Shown here: positions 1-9,219 of the stretch, piece after piece
Position numbering within the stretch: position 1 is the stretch's first letter
Layout of the letters: every line of letters begins with the position of its first letter
NCBI GenBank assembly: GCA_965204835.1
Contig: OZ242017.1
Span: 365,384 to 429,383, forward strand
Origin: Dehalococcoidia bacterium
Lineage (GTDB): Bacteria > Chloroflexota > Dehalococcoidia > UBA2979
Direction: 5' to 3'
Length of the DNA: 64,000 nucleotides
The notes under the pieces: model-generated
Told to the model about the DNA's origin: nothing
Seen by the model: only the letters and a program-made list of their open reading frames with translations
The model's database searches: none
Translations under genes and position numbers: made by a program

Positions 1-1551
1 CTTCGCCAGCTTCTCGGTGACCTCGTCGCCCGCGCTGGCGATGACCTTGCCCCTGGCGTTGGTCACGTCGGCGGTGAGCACGCGGCCGACCAGCTCCGGG
101 CTGGCCTTGCCGACCTCCTGCCGCACGGGGCGGTAGGGGGTCTCGATGAAGCCGAAGTCGTTGATCCGCCCGTACGTGGCGAGGTTGCCGATGAGGCCGA
201 TGTTCGGACCCTCGGGCGTCTCGATGGGGCAGATCCGGCCGTAGTGGCTGAAGTGCACGTCGCGCACGTCGAAGCCGGCGCGGTCGCGCGAGAGGCCGCC
301 GGGGCCGAGCGCGGAGAGGCGCCGCTTGTGGGCGAGCTCGGCGAGCGGGTTGGTCTGGTCCATGAACTGCGAGAGCTGGGAGCCGCCGAAGAACTCCTTC
401 ATGGCGGCCACCACGGGCCGCACGTTGACGAGCGCCGAGGGCGTTGCCTCGTCGGGGTCGGTGATGGTCATGCGCTCGCGCACGACGCGCTCCATGCGGA
501 GCAGGCCGACGCGGAACTGGTTCTGGATCAGCTCACCCACGGACCGAACGCGGCGGTTGCCGAGGTGGTCGATGTCGTCGGGGTCGCCGACGTGGTTGTT
601 GATCTCGATCATCTTGGTGACGATCGTGATGATGTCCTCGCTGCGCAGCGTGCGCTCCGCCGGGTCGCCGGGGAACGCGAGGCGCTTGTTGACCTTGTAG
701 CGGCCGACACGGCCGAGGTCGTAGCGGCGCTCGCCGAAGAACAGCGTGTCGAGGAGGTTGCGGGCGTTCTCCGCCGTGGGCGGGTCGCCGGGGCGGATGC
801 GCCGGTAGAACTCCTCCAGGGCCTGGCGGCGGTCCTCGGTGGGGTCCTTGGCGAGCGTGGCGTCGACGAAGGAGTGCTCCTCGTCGGTGTCGACGGCGCC
901 GAGCATGCGGCGGATGCGCTCGTCGGTGCCGAGGTCCTCGTCGCTCATGTCCTCGTCGATGTCGATGGCGCGGAGCAGGATGGTGACGGGGATCTTGCGC
1001 TTGCGGTCGACCTTCACGGACAGGATGTCCTTGTTGGAGGTCTCGAACTCCAGCCATGCGCCGCGGTTGGGGATGAGCTTGGCCTGCGTCAGGCGCCGGC
1101 CCGTGGCCGGGTCCACGGTCTCGGTGAAGTAGACGCCGGGCGAGCGCACGAGCTGGGAGACAACGACGCGCTCGGCGCCGTTGATGATGAAGGTGCCCTG
1201 CTCGGTCATGAGCGGGAGGTCGCCCAGGTAGAGCTCCTGCTCCTTGACCTCGCCGGTCTCCTTGACGGTCAGCTCGGCGATGACCTTGAGCGGGGCGCCG
1301 TAGGTGGCGTCGCGCTGGCGGCACTCACGCTCGTCGAGCTTGGGGCTCTCGATGTAGTAGTCGATGAAGGACAGCGCCATGCGTGTGCCGGTGAAGTCCT
1401 CGATCGGCGAGATCTCGTCGAACAGCTCGCGGAGCGAGCGGTCCAGGAACCGCTCGTAGGAGCGCTTCGGCATGTCGATCAGGTGCGGGACGTCCAGCAC
1501 CGGACGCGACTTGCCGTAGTCGCGCGTGATGAGATGTCCGCTCATTGGCAT
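1..1551 (-). CDS. rpoB: DNA-directed RNA polymerase subunit beta, 5' part (runs off the window edge)
   Basis: Not in the ORF track. Manual translation from ATG 1551 (alt. 1545) gives [25 protein letters not shown]...[33 protein letters not shown]...[43 protein letters not shown], diagnostic RpoB motifs. Confidence 0.98.
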   Translation of the reverse strand, partial: MPMSGHLITRDYGKSRPVLDVPHLIDMPKRSYERFLDRSLRELFDEISPIEDFTGTRMALSFIDYYIESPKLDERECRQRDATYGAPLKVIAELTVKETGEVKEQELYLGDLPLMTEQGTFIINGAERVVVSQLVRSPGVYFTETVDPATGRRLTQAKLIPNRGAWLEFETSNKDILSVKVDRKRKIPVTILLRAIDIDEDMSDEDLGTDERIRRMLGAVDTDEEHSFVDATLAKDPTEDRRQALEEFYRRIRPGDPPTAENARNLLDTLFFGERRYDLGRVGRYKVNKRLAFPGDPAERTLRSEDIITIVTKMIEINNHVGDPDDIDHLGNRRVRSVGELIQNQFRVGLLRMERVVRERMTITDPDEATPSALVNVRPVVAAMKEFFGGSQLSQFMDQTNPLAELAHKRRLSALGPGGLSRDRAGFDVRDVHFSHYGRICPIETPEGPNIGLIGNLATYGRINDFGFIETPYRPVRQEVGKASPELVGRVLTADVTNARGKVIASAGDEVTEKLAK

Positions 1552-1782
1552 GCTGGCTCGCTCGGTGGTGACCAAGTAGCGACTCCTTCGCATTCGTCAC
1601 GGTCGACCGTGCAGCGTTGTGCGCCTGGTTCCAGTCCTGCGCCTGGTTGGGGCTGTAGGGGAGAGTCTCGACACAGCTACGCAGCGCCGGTTGCATACCG
1701 GTGCTGCACGAAGTGTCGTCGCTAATGGAATTTGCCGCGCCCAACGCCTTGGCTATGGTACCCGATCGCGCGCAGAAAAGCG

Positions 1783-1811
1783 AGGGTATCGAGGACGCCT
1801 CGCCCTGTCAA
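1783..1811 (-). promoter_or_regulatory. sigma70-type promoter for rpoB
   Basis: Minus strand TTGACA (1811-1806), 17 nt spacer, TACCCT (1788-1783), ~230 nt upstream of the rpoB start. Confidence 0.7.
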
Positions 1812-1901
1812 CGTTTTGTCCAAGTTCCATGCACGATCGCCCGTGGCCGGGAACCGCCCGCGCCATATCCTGAAGAAGTTCCAACCTGTACCATAGATCG
1901 C

Positions 1902-2429
1902 ATGATTCACGATCGTAATAGTACGCCGGGCCAGGCTGCACGGGCGGCTTACGACATGGCGCTGTGGCAGTTGACTGAACAGGTCGACGAGAGTCGGTCG
2001 TTCGACACGAAGGCAGGCGTGGTCGTCACAGTGGCTGCAGCCTTCGCCGGGTTGTTCGGGGCCGCTGTTGTCAGCAGCACGATGGGCGATATCAGTCACA
2101 CAGCCCTCATTGCGGCGACCTGCGGCGGGGTCGCGGTCCTCGGCGTGTTCGGCTGGACCATGTTCGCCTTCTACAGAACCGTTAGGCCCAATCTCTGGGC
2201 GCGTGGTCCCGATCCTCACGAGCTGATTGAGCGCGCCGGGAGCTATGAGGAGCTGCCGGTGCGCCTCTGGATCGCCGAGGCGCTGGCAGAGTCGGTCGTC
2301 GTCAACGAGGTCGCGGCCCGGGACAAAGCGAGGTGGTTCCGTCGCGAGCTCTTTGGCGCGATGGCGCTCGGCGTGCTCACCGTGGTGGCGGTACTGGCTA
2401 TCGCGCTGGCTGGGATGGCTGCGGGCTGA
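1902..2429 (+). CDS. 3-TM membrane protein, Pycsar-effector-like architecture
   Basis: FDTKAG followed by two TM helices, a soluble linker, then N...K and a third TM helix. Start uncertain (1902 or 1956); the 1701 start would overlap the rpoB promoter. Confidence 0.55.
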   Translation: MIHDRNSTPGQAARAAYDMALWQLTEQVDESRSFDTKAGVVVTVAAAFAGLFGAAVVSSTMGDISHTALIAATCGGVAVLGVFGWTMFAFYRTVRPNLWARGPDPHELIERAGSYEELPVRLWIAEALAESVVVNEVAARDKARWFRRELFGAMALGVLTVVAVLAIALAGMAAG

Positions 2430-2436
2430 CCGCTGA

Positions 2437-2625
2437 CTACGACGTCACGTTCACGGTGCGCTCGTGATCCGCGCCCTCCGGGATGTCGCCGAAACCGTAG
2501 CCACTCGTCATGTAGAAGAGCTTCGCCCTGGGGAGTCCGGAGACCCCCACGTCCTGTTCGGGCTCGCGCATGCCGTCCGGCTGCTGCCCATTCTGTTTCG
2601 GGGGACGGTGCTTAGAGTTCGTCAT
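2437..2625 (-). CDS. small hypothetical protein (62 aa)
   Basis: C-terminal part of ORF 2437..2961 from ATG 2625 (MTNSKHRPPK...). Fills the intergenic gap; no motif. Confidence 0.3.
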   Translation of the reverse strand: MTNSKHRPPKQNGQQPDGMREPEQDVGVSGLPRAKLFYMTSGYGFGDIPEGADHERTVNVTS

Positions 2626-2668
2626 CTCGATTCGAGTATGCCACACGCGGGGTGGTGCGCGTCCAAGC

Positions 2669-3820
2669 CTACCGCTCACCCTCTTCCGCACCCTCCACCG
2701 GCCGGCTGGCCTCCTCCTCCCACACCGCCCACGCATCCTTAGGCCGGTCCTGCGCGTCGCGCAGGCCCACGCTGGAGAGCAGGTCCAGGGTCGGCGCGTC
2801 CGCCACGTACGCGGGGTCCCGAGCCGCGAACCACACGACGAACGGCGCCTCGAGGGTGTCGGCGTCGCTGAGCAGGCGTTGCAGGAAGCGCCGCTGCTCC
2901 GCCGGCGTCGAGGCGTGCACGCCGTCTGGCTGCGCGGCCGAGGCGAACCCCACCGACGCAAACGCGATCGGCAGGTGCGTGTGGTCGCGGATCTGCTGGT
3001 AGTAGAGCAGCGGCAGGTCGTTCGCTACCTCGTACCTGACCGATGGGAACGTGGCGACCGCGAAGAGGTCGATCCGGCCCGCGAAGTCGTCCAGGAGTTC
3101 CCAGCGCGGCGGCCGCGAGGGCTCCCACGGCACCACCCCCAGCAGCTGCTCGTACTGGAACGTGGCGAAGACGAGTGTCTCCGGGCTGACGGCCTTCACC
3201 GCCCGGTACGCCTCCCCGTACGCGCCGAGGAACGCCCGGTACTGCGACGGTGAGCGCTCGAACGTCGCGTTGACCTCGATGCCGAGCGCGAGGTACGCGG
3301 GCGTGTAGCTGGTGGCGATGAACCGCGCTTCCGCCACGAAGGCCGCGCGCAGGTCCGGGTCTGCGAGGTCGGCCTGCTCGTAGCCGGCCGGGACGCCGGC
3401 CAGGCGCCCGCGGTCGACGGGGTCGAAGGGGTCGAGGGCGTAGAAGAGGGCGAGCTCGCGTTCCTCGGCGGCGACGAGTTCGCGCGTCGTGACCTCGGTC
3501 AACCGTGGGGACGGCTCGACGCCGGGGAGGAACTCGGACCACTCGGGCGCGCGCTGGATCAGCAGCAGCTCGCCGTAGCGCGCCGCGAGGTCCAGCGCCG
3601 CGATGTAGGCGTCCTGCGTCAGCTCGGCGGGGGCCGACGAGAAGCCGAGCAGGAACGGCCGCGGCGCGCCTGCCTGCTGCCGAGGCTCCGGCACGAAGCC
3701 GGGCTCCCGCACGTGCTCCTCGCGGCATCCCGTGAGGAGCGAGGCGATGAGTGACACGATCAGCACCGCTCCCGCGAGCGCGGCGCGTCGCCCCTTGCCG
3801 GCCGATCGAGTGTTCCGCAC
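2669..3820 (-). CDS. lipoprotein with glycoside-hydrolase-like TIM barrel
   Basis: Signal/lipobox SLLTGC, YLALGIEVN, C-terminal SVGLRDAQDRPKDAWAVW typical of clan GH-A-like barrels. Start set at GTG 3820. Confidence 0.65.
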   Translation of the reverse strand: MRNTRSAGKGRRAALAGAVLIVSLIASLLTGCREEHVREPGFVPEPRQQAGAPRPFLLGFSSAPAELTQDAYIAALDLAARYGELLLIQRAPEWSEFLPGVEPSPRLTEVTTRELVAAEERELALFYALDPFDPVDRGRLAGVPAGYEQADLADPDLRAAFVAEARFIATSYTPAYLALGIEVNATFERSPSQYRAFLGAYGEAYRAVKAVSPETLVFATFQYEQLLGVVPWEPSRPPRWELLDDFAGRIDLFAVATFPSVRYEVANDLPLLYYQQIRDHTHLPIAFASVGFASAAQPDGVHASTPAEQRRFLQRLLSDADTLEAPFVVWFAARDPAYVADAPTLDLLSSVGLRDAQDRPKDAWAVWEEEASRPVEGAEEGER

Positions 3821-3902
3821 GTCACGATTGTCTGGACGGCGGGCTAGCGCGGTCAAACGGGGCAGCCGGTCGGCGGCGGCGCGCGAGGTGTAGACTCGGC
3901 GC

Positions 3903-4358
3903 ATGGACGGCCCGCAGAACATCGACATGGACGGGCTGCGCGCATCGCTCAGGTCCGTCGAGCACCTGCTGCTGCGCTTCACGCCCGTCGCCGAGCGGCT
4001 GCTGCTCGACTTCCGCACGCGCGAGGGCGTCGGGCCGGGCGTGGCGCTGCTGCCCCCGGTCGACTCCTTCGCCGAGCGCCTGCGCACCATCGAGCGTGAG
4101 CGGCCGGGATTCCCGCGGCCGGAGCGCATCCATGTCGTGAACTGGCCGCTGCGCGTCGAGTCCCTCGAGCGCCTCAACGTGCTCGACGCGGTGCGGAGCC
4201 GCCTTGCCGACATGGATGCGTTCGACGCGATCAACAGCCTGGATGCGACCTACCAGCGCCTGCTCGAGATCGAGCGCGAGGAGACGAAGCGAGCGATCGA
4301 GGGCGAGGGCTACCACACGATCTGGCCGGCGGAGACGCGCGGCCGTCGCGGCGCCTGA
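3903..4358 (+). CDS. hypothetical protein
   Basis: 151-aa ORF with host-like codon usage, co-oriented with the downstream gene. Confidence 0.75.
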   Translation: MDGPQNIDMDGLRASLRSVEHLLLRFTPVAERLLLDFRTREGVGPGVALLPPVDSFAERLRTIERERPGFPRPERIHVVNWPLRVESLERLNVLDAVRSRLADMDAFDAINSLDATYQRLLEIEREETKRAIEGEGYHTIWPAETRGRRGA

Positions 4359-4373
4359 CCACCCACGGCCCCG

Positions 4374-4736
4374 ATGCACCGCGACCGTTTCCGCCGCCTC
4401 GTGCAGCAGGCGCTGGACTCGTTGCCGCCGCATATCGACGGCTACCTCGACAACGTCGCGATCGTGATCGAGCGTGAACCGACACCCGAGGACCTGGACG
4501 ACGCCGGGATCCCCCGCGGCACGGAGCTGTTCGGGCTGTACATCGGCACGCCGCTGATCGACCGCAGCGAGTACCACATGACGCTCCCGGACCGGATCGC
4601 GATCTACCAGGGCCCGCTGGAGCGCGCGTTCCACCCGCGCGTGATCCCGGAGGAGGTGCGTCGCACGGTCCTCCACGAGATCGCCCACCACTTCGGGTTC
4701 GACGAGGACGAGATGGAGCGCCTCGACCTCCACTAG
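4374..4736 (+). CDS. zincin-like metallopeptidase family protein
   Basis: LFGLYIG, PDRIAIYQGP and HEIAHHFG (HExxH) motifs. Confidence 0.9.
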   Translation: MHRDRFRRLVQQALDSLPPHIDGYLDNVAIVIEREPTPEDLDDAGIPRGTELFGLYIGTPLIDRSEYHMTLPDRIAIYQGPLERAFHPRVIPEEVRRTVLHEIAHHFGFDEDEMERLDLH

Positions 4737-4850
4737 CCCACCCGTCTACGCGGAGCCCGTCTCGCCATGTTGCTATGCTGATCAGTGCGCTCCTGCATGG
4801 TTGTGTATTACAGTGCTTGTCGCGATTAAATTGGCGATAGAAGGTGACGG

Positions 4851-5876
4851 GTGGTCTTCGGAATTACGAATCTCCTGCGCGACACCCACCGGACAGACGG
4901 CGTCGATCCGGCGATGGACGAGTACGAAGCTCTGTACACGGAGAGCACGCGCGGCGGGTTGGATAGCAGGGCCTCGAGCCACAGGACGTTCAACGATATC
5001 TACTACGACTTGGTCTCGGACTTCTTCGAGTTCGGATGGGGCCGGTCATTCCACTTCGCGCCGCGGGTGCCCGGCGAGAGCTTCAAGGCGTCGCTTGCGC
5101 GCCACGAGCATTACATCGCGCACGTGCTCGGGCTCAGGCCCGGCATGGTCGTCGCCGACTTCGGATGCGGCATCGGTGGGCCGCTGATCGAGATCGCCCG
5201 CTTTTCAGGCGCCCGGATTGTCGGCATCAACAGCAACGCGCATCAGTTGAAGCGCGGCCGGGCCCTCACCGAGGAGGCGGGGCTCTCTGATCAGTCAGAG
5301 TTCATGCACTGCGACTTCCTCGACGTCGACGCCCCGGACCATTCGTTCGACGCGATCTACTCCATAGAGGCGACCTGCGTCGCGCCCGACAAGCGAAGCG
5401 TGTACAGCGAGGTATTCCGCTTGCTGAAGCCCGGCGGGAGCTTCGCGGCGTACGAGTACTGCATGACGGATCGTTTCGACGAGACGAATCCCCACCACCT
5501 GAGGCTCAAGGCCGACATCCAGCTCGGAGGCGGCCTGCTGGTCATCGACCGCCCCCAGACGGTCAATGACGCCCTGCGGACCTTGGGGTTCGAGGTGCTG
5601 GAAACGCGCGACCTCGCCGAGTATCCGCCCCCGCCGGTTCCGTGGTATCAGCCGCTGGCGGCTCCTGGTCTGTCCCTGGCCGGCCTCGGCAGCTCCAGGC
5701 TGGGACGCGGGCTGACCCAGCACTCGCTGCGGGTGCTCGAGGCGATCCACGTCGTGCCCGAGGGCGCCGCTCGCGTATCCCGCAACCTCAACCTCTGCGC
5801 GGCGGCAATGGCCGAGGCAGGCCGCCTCGGCATCTTCACGCCCATGTACTTCCTGCTCGCCCGCAAGCCGGCGTAG
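4851..5876 (+). CDS. sterol 24-C-methyltransferase (SMT/ERG6-like)
   Basis: YYDLVSDFFEFGWGRSFHFAPR, LARHEH, DFGCGIGGP, YSIEATCVAP, LKPGG and C-terminal GIFTPMY are the SMT signature regions. Confidence 0.9.
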   Translation: MVFGITNLLRDTHRTDGVDPAMDEYEALYTESTRGGLDSRASSHRTFNDIYYDLVSDFFEFGWGRSFHFAPRVPGESFKASLARHEHYIAHVLGLRPGMVVADFGCGIGGPLIEIARFSGARIVGINSNAHQLKRGRALTEEAGLSDQSEFMHCDFLDVDAPDHSFDAIYSIEATCVAPDKRSVYSEVFRLLKPGGSFAAYEYCMTDRFDETNPHHLRLKADIQLGGGLLVIDRPQTVNDALRTLGFEVLETRDLAEYPPPPVPWYQPLAAPGLSLAGLGSSRLGRGLTQHSLRVLEAIHVVPEGAARVSRNLNLCAAAMAEAGRLGIFTPMYFLLARKPA

Positions 5877-5918
5877 CGCCCGCAAGACGCCGGCGCGGCG
5901 CGACCCCGTCCGGGCCGC

Positions 5919-7634
5919 CTACTCCCCGCTCAGCGTCAGGATCCGCGCGGCCTCCTCCAGCGTCGACGTGACGCGCAGCGCGTCCCACACGTCCGTGCCG
6001 CGCGCGTAGCTGCCGTGGCCGCGCACGACGACGATCGGGTGCTCGCGCAGCGCCTCGGCGACGGGCTGCGCCGAGGACTCCCACTCCGCCTCCACCACCG
6101 GCACGCTACCGAGGAAGAGCCGCCCCTCGAGGTTCGCCGGGTCGATCGCGTCGCGCCCGTACGCGAGTGCGATGGCGTGGACGGGGTGGGCGTGGACCAC
6201 CGCGCCAGCGTCGGCGCACGCCTCGTAGATGGCGAGGTGCACCGCAGTGTCGGACGAGGGCGCCGGGGCGTCCTCGTCGCGCGACGCGCCGTCGGCCTCG
6301 ACGGCCACGAGCAGGTCGTCGGTGAGCCGCCCGAGCATCGCGCCCGTCGCGGAGATCACGGCGCCGCCACGCACGCGGCGGGCGGATACGTTGCCGCCGT
6401 GCGAGGTGACCAGGCCGTCGGCGCGCAGGTCCTTGCCCGCCTCGACCAGCTCGCGCGCGGCCGCCTCCTCCGCCGCGATGGCCGCCGTGTCCCACGTGCC
6501 CCGCCGCAGGAGGCGCTCGGCTGCGCCCTCGGCCAGCTCCGCGGCGCGACGCATCGCCTCGGCCTGGAAGATGCGGTCCGTGGTCAGCGTCTCGAAGTCG
6601 ACGACGCCCGAGGTGGCGCCGTCGACGGCGCCCGCCACCACGACGCACGGCGTCTCGTAGCGCTCGGCGAGCGCGGTCACGAGCTCGACCGACTTGCCGA
6701 ACGCGGTCTGCGCATCCAGCCGCCCCTCGCCGGTGATGACGAGGTCGGCGTCGCGGATGGCGTCCTCGAGGCCCACGGCCTCGGCGACGAGCGCGGCGCC
6801 GGACTCGATGCCGCCGCCGACGGTGCCGATCAGCCCGGCCGCCATGCCCCCGCCCGCGCCGCCGCCGGCGAGGTCGGTGATCTCGACGCCGAGGTCGGCC
6901 TCGATGACGCGCGCCCAGCGCGCCAGCGCGTCCTCGAGCGGCTGCATCGTGTCGCCGTCGACGCCCTTCTGCGGGCCGTAGATCACGGTCGCGCCCTGCA
7001 GGCCAAGCAGCGTGTTCGTCACGTCGACGGCGACGGTCAGGTCGATCTCGCCGAGCCGCAGGTCGATCGCCGCGTGGTCCAGAGAGCCGAGCTCGCGCAG
7101 GTCGAGGGCCGGGATAGGCTCGCGCAGCGCAAACCCGTCGCTGCCCACGAGCTGGTAGCCGACCGCCTGCGCGGCGCCCGCGCCGCCGTCGTTGGTGGCG
7201 GTCCCGCCGACCCCGACGATGAGCTCGCGGGCCCCGCGGTCGAGGGCGGCGCGGATGAGCTGGCCCACGCCGTACGTGGTGGCGCGTGCGGGGTTGAGCC
7301 GGCCCTCCGGCACGAGCGAGAGCCCGGCCGCCTCGGCTGCCTCGACGACGGCGCCCGGCGGGTCGCCCTCGGAGCGGGGCGGGAGCAGCGCGAAGCGCGC
7401 GCTCACCGGCGTATCGAGTGGCCCGGTGACCTCGACCTCGACGAGCTCGCCGCCGCGCGCGGCCGCGAGGATGGCTGCGGTGCCCGGCCCGCCGTCGGCG
7501 AGGGGCATCTCGGTGACCTCGGCGTCGGGCTCGGCGGCCCGTGCGCCGGCGGCGATGGCGGCGGCGGCCTCGAAGGCGGTGAGGGAGCCCTTGAACTCCT
7601 GCGGGCAGACCAGGATCCGAAGCGGCGTGCTCAT
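5919..7634 (-). CDS. glycerate kinase fused to class II aldolase/adducin domain
   Basis: N-terminal PQEFKGSL, ADGGPGT, GVGGTATNDGGAG, ITGEGRLDAQT (GlxK type). C-terminal GGNVSAR, PSSD, VHAHP, VRGHG (class II aldolase). Confidence 0.85.
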   Translation of the reverse strand: MSTPLRILVCPQEFKGSLTAFEAAAAIAAGARAAEPDAEVTEMPLADGGPGTAAILAAARGGELVEVEVTGPLDTPVSARFALLPPRSEGDPPGAVVEAAEAAGLSLVPEGRLNPARATTYGVGQLIRAALDRGARELIVGVGGTATNDGGAGAAQAVGYQLVGSDGFALREPIPALDLRELGSLDHAAIDLRLGEIDLTVAVDVTNTLLGLQGATVIYGPQKGVDGDTMQPLEDALARWARVIEADLGVEITDLAGGGAGGGMAAGLIGTVGGGIESGAALVAEAVGLEDAIRDADLVITGEGRLDAQTAFGKSVELVTALAERYETPCVVVAGAVDGATSGVVDFETLTTDRIFQAEAMRRAAELAEGAAERLLRRGTWDTAAIAAEEAAARELVEAGKDLRADGLVTSHGGNVSARRVRGGAVISATGAMLGRLTDDLLVAVEADGASRDEDAPAPSSDTAVHLAIYEACADAGAVVHAHPVHAIALAYGRDAIDPANLEGRLFLGSVPVVEAEWESSAQPVAEALREHPIVVVRGHGSYARGTDVWDALRVTSTLEEAARILTLSGE

Positions 7635-7707
7635 CGCTGCGTCCTTCCCTCGGTGGCGACGCGCCCGAGGTACGCGCGGCCGTCGGCCGTCGCGCCCCGC
7701 ACGCCAG

Positions 7708-7887
7708 TCATGTGCCCCAGAAGCCGGCGAGGCGCAACACGGCGCTGATCAGGATCGCGGCCACGTAGGCCCAGCCGAGCGTGCGCGCGTTGCGGCCGAG
7801 CTGGCGGAACCGCCTGGGCTGCATGATGGTCATCCAGATGATCGCCAGCCCGACGACCACGAATATCCAGTAGACGAGGCGCCACAT
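7708..7887 (-). CDS. small 2-TM membrane protein
   Basis: MWRLVYWIFVVVGLAIIW...LGWAYVAAILISAVLRL; two hydrophobic helices. Confidence 0.6.
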   Translation of the reverse strand: MWRLVYWIFVVVGLAIIWMTIMQPRRFRQLGRNARTLGWAYVAAILISAVLRLAGFWGT

Positions 7888-7941
7888 CGCCTCGCATCGT
7901 AGCGGAGCCCGCCCGCGAGCGGGCGTCGCACCCGGACGGAC

Positions 7942-7987
7942 TGGACGCGAACGCACGTTCTGACTAGACTATGTGAAACGTCTGTTC
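7942..7987 (+). promoter_or_regulatory. sigma70 promoter with two LexA (SOS) boxes
   Basis: -35 TGGACG (7942-7947), 17 nt, -10 TAGACT (7965-7970). Perfect GAAC-GCAC-GTTC at 7949-7960 in the spacer; near-consensus AAAC-GTCT-GTTC at 7976-7987. Confidence 0.75.
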
Positions 7988-8002
7988 GCACGGAGCCGTC
8001 CG

Positions 8003-8254
8003 ATGGTCACCACTGCCCCCACACCCACCCGCACCGTCGAGCGTCCCGCGCGCCCGCGCCGGGCCGTGGCGGACGCCGAGGCTGCCGCCGCCGAGGCGGT
8101 CACGCAGGTGCGCGAGCCGCGCAGGCTGCGTCGCATGGTCGCGTTCGGGCCGCGCTGCCCGGAGTGCGCCGGGCCGCTCGCCTTCGGCGAGGGCTGCTCG
8201 CTCTGCCCCGTCTGCGGCTACTCGAGCTGCACCCCCGCGCGTAGAGGCCCGTAG
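8003..8254 (+). CDS. small zinc-ribbon protein
   Basis: GGAG RBS at 7992-7995, ATG 8003. CPECAGPLAFGEGCSLCPVCGYSSC resembles the C-terminal Zn ribbon of class II ribonucleotide reductases. Confidence 0.7.
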   Translation: MVTTAPTPTRTVERPARPRRAVADAEAAAAEAVTQVREPRRLRRMVAFGPRCPECAGPLAFGEGCSLCPVCGYSSCTPARRGP

Positions 8255-8349
8255 AACGCCTGCGGGAGCTGGGTTTTCGCCGTTCCAAGCGTAGCCCTTG
8301 TGCGTGACCGTTCGTATACTCGCCAAAATCCCCGGGGCGCAGAGGCGAC

Positions 8350-9219
8350 ATGGTCATCGGCGCGGCACGTGACACGGACCTGACCGCGCTGGGCAGGCGC
8401 ATCCGTCGCCATGTCGTGCGCATGGTCTACGACGCCAAATCCGGCCACATCGGCGGCTCGCTCTCCGCCGTCGAGATCATGAGCGTGCTCTACTGCCGCG
8501 TCATGCAGCACGACCCCGACCGGCCCGACTGGCCTGCGCGCGACCGCTTCATCATGAGCAAGGGCCACTGCACGCCGGTGCAGTACGCGCTCCTCGCCGA
8601 GCTCGGCTACTTCCCCGTCGAGGAGCTCTCGACGTTCCGCCAGCTCGGCACGCGCCTGCAGGGGCATTCCGTCCGCAACCGCCCGCTCGGCGTCGAGAAC
8701 TCGGCCGGCTCGCTCGGCATGGGGCTCTCGTTCGGCCTCGGCATGCGGCTCGCGGCGCGGCTCGGCGAGGGCGACGTGCCCGCCGACGCGCGCGCGTGGG
8801 TGCTGATGGGCGACGGCGAGCAGAACGAGGGCCAGGTCTGGGAGGCGGCGATGGCCGCCGCCCACCACGACGCCGAGGGCCTCATCGCGCTCATCGACCG
8901 CAACGGCATCCAGAACGACGACTTCACCCGCTCGACGATGGTCACGGAGCCGCTCGACGAGAAGTACGCCGCCTTCGGCTGGGAGGTCATCTCCGGCGTC
9001 GACGGCCACGACATCGACGCCGTCGAGGAGGCGCTGCTGCGCGCCCGCGACGTGCGGGGGCGTCCAGCCTGCGTGATCTTCGATACGGTGAAGGGCCACG
9101 GCGTCTCGTTCATGGAGCACAACCCCGGCTTCCACGGCGCACCGCCCAGCCCCGAGCAGTTCGACGAGGCGATGCGCGAGCTCGCCGACCCCGACGACGT
9201 GAACGGAGCCGCCTCGTGA
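8350..9219 (+). CDS. transketolase, N-terminal subunit
   Basis: SGHIGGSLS, DRFIMSKGH, LQGH, GSLGMGLS and the TPP motif GDGEQNEG. Confidence 0.95.
   Translation: MVIGAARDTDLTALGRRIRRHVVRMVYDAKSGHIGGSLSAVEIMSVLYCRVMQHDPDRPDWPARDRFIMSKGHCTPVQYALLAELGYFPVEELSTFRQLGTRLQGHSVRNRPLGVENSAGSLGMGLSFGLGMRLAARLGEGDVPADARAWVLMGDGEQNEGQVWEAAMAAAHHDAEGLIALIDRNGIQNDDFTRSTMVTEPLDEKYAAFGWEVISGVDGHDIDAVEEALLRARDVRGRPACVIFDTVKGHGVSFMEHNPGFHGAPPSPEQFDEAMRELADPDDVNGAAS

Noticed and set aside
244-1725. 493-aa plus-strand ORF
   Set aside because: Antisense shadow of rpoB, which the track omits because it runs off the window.
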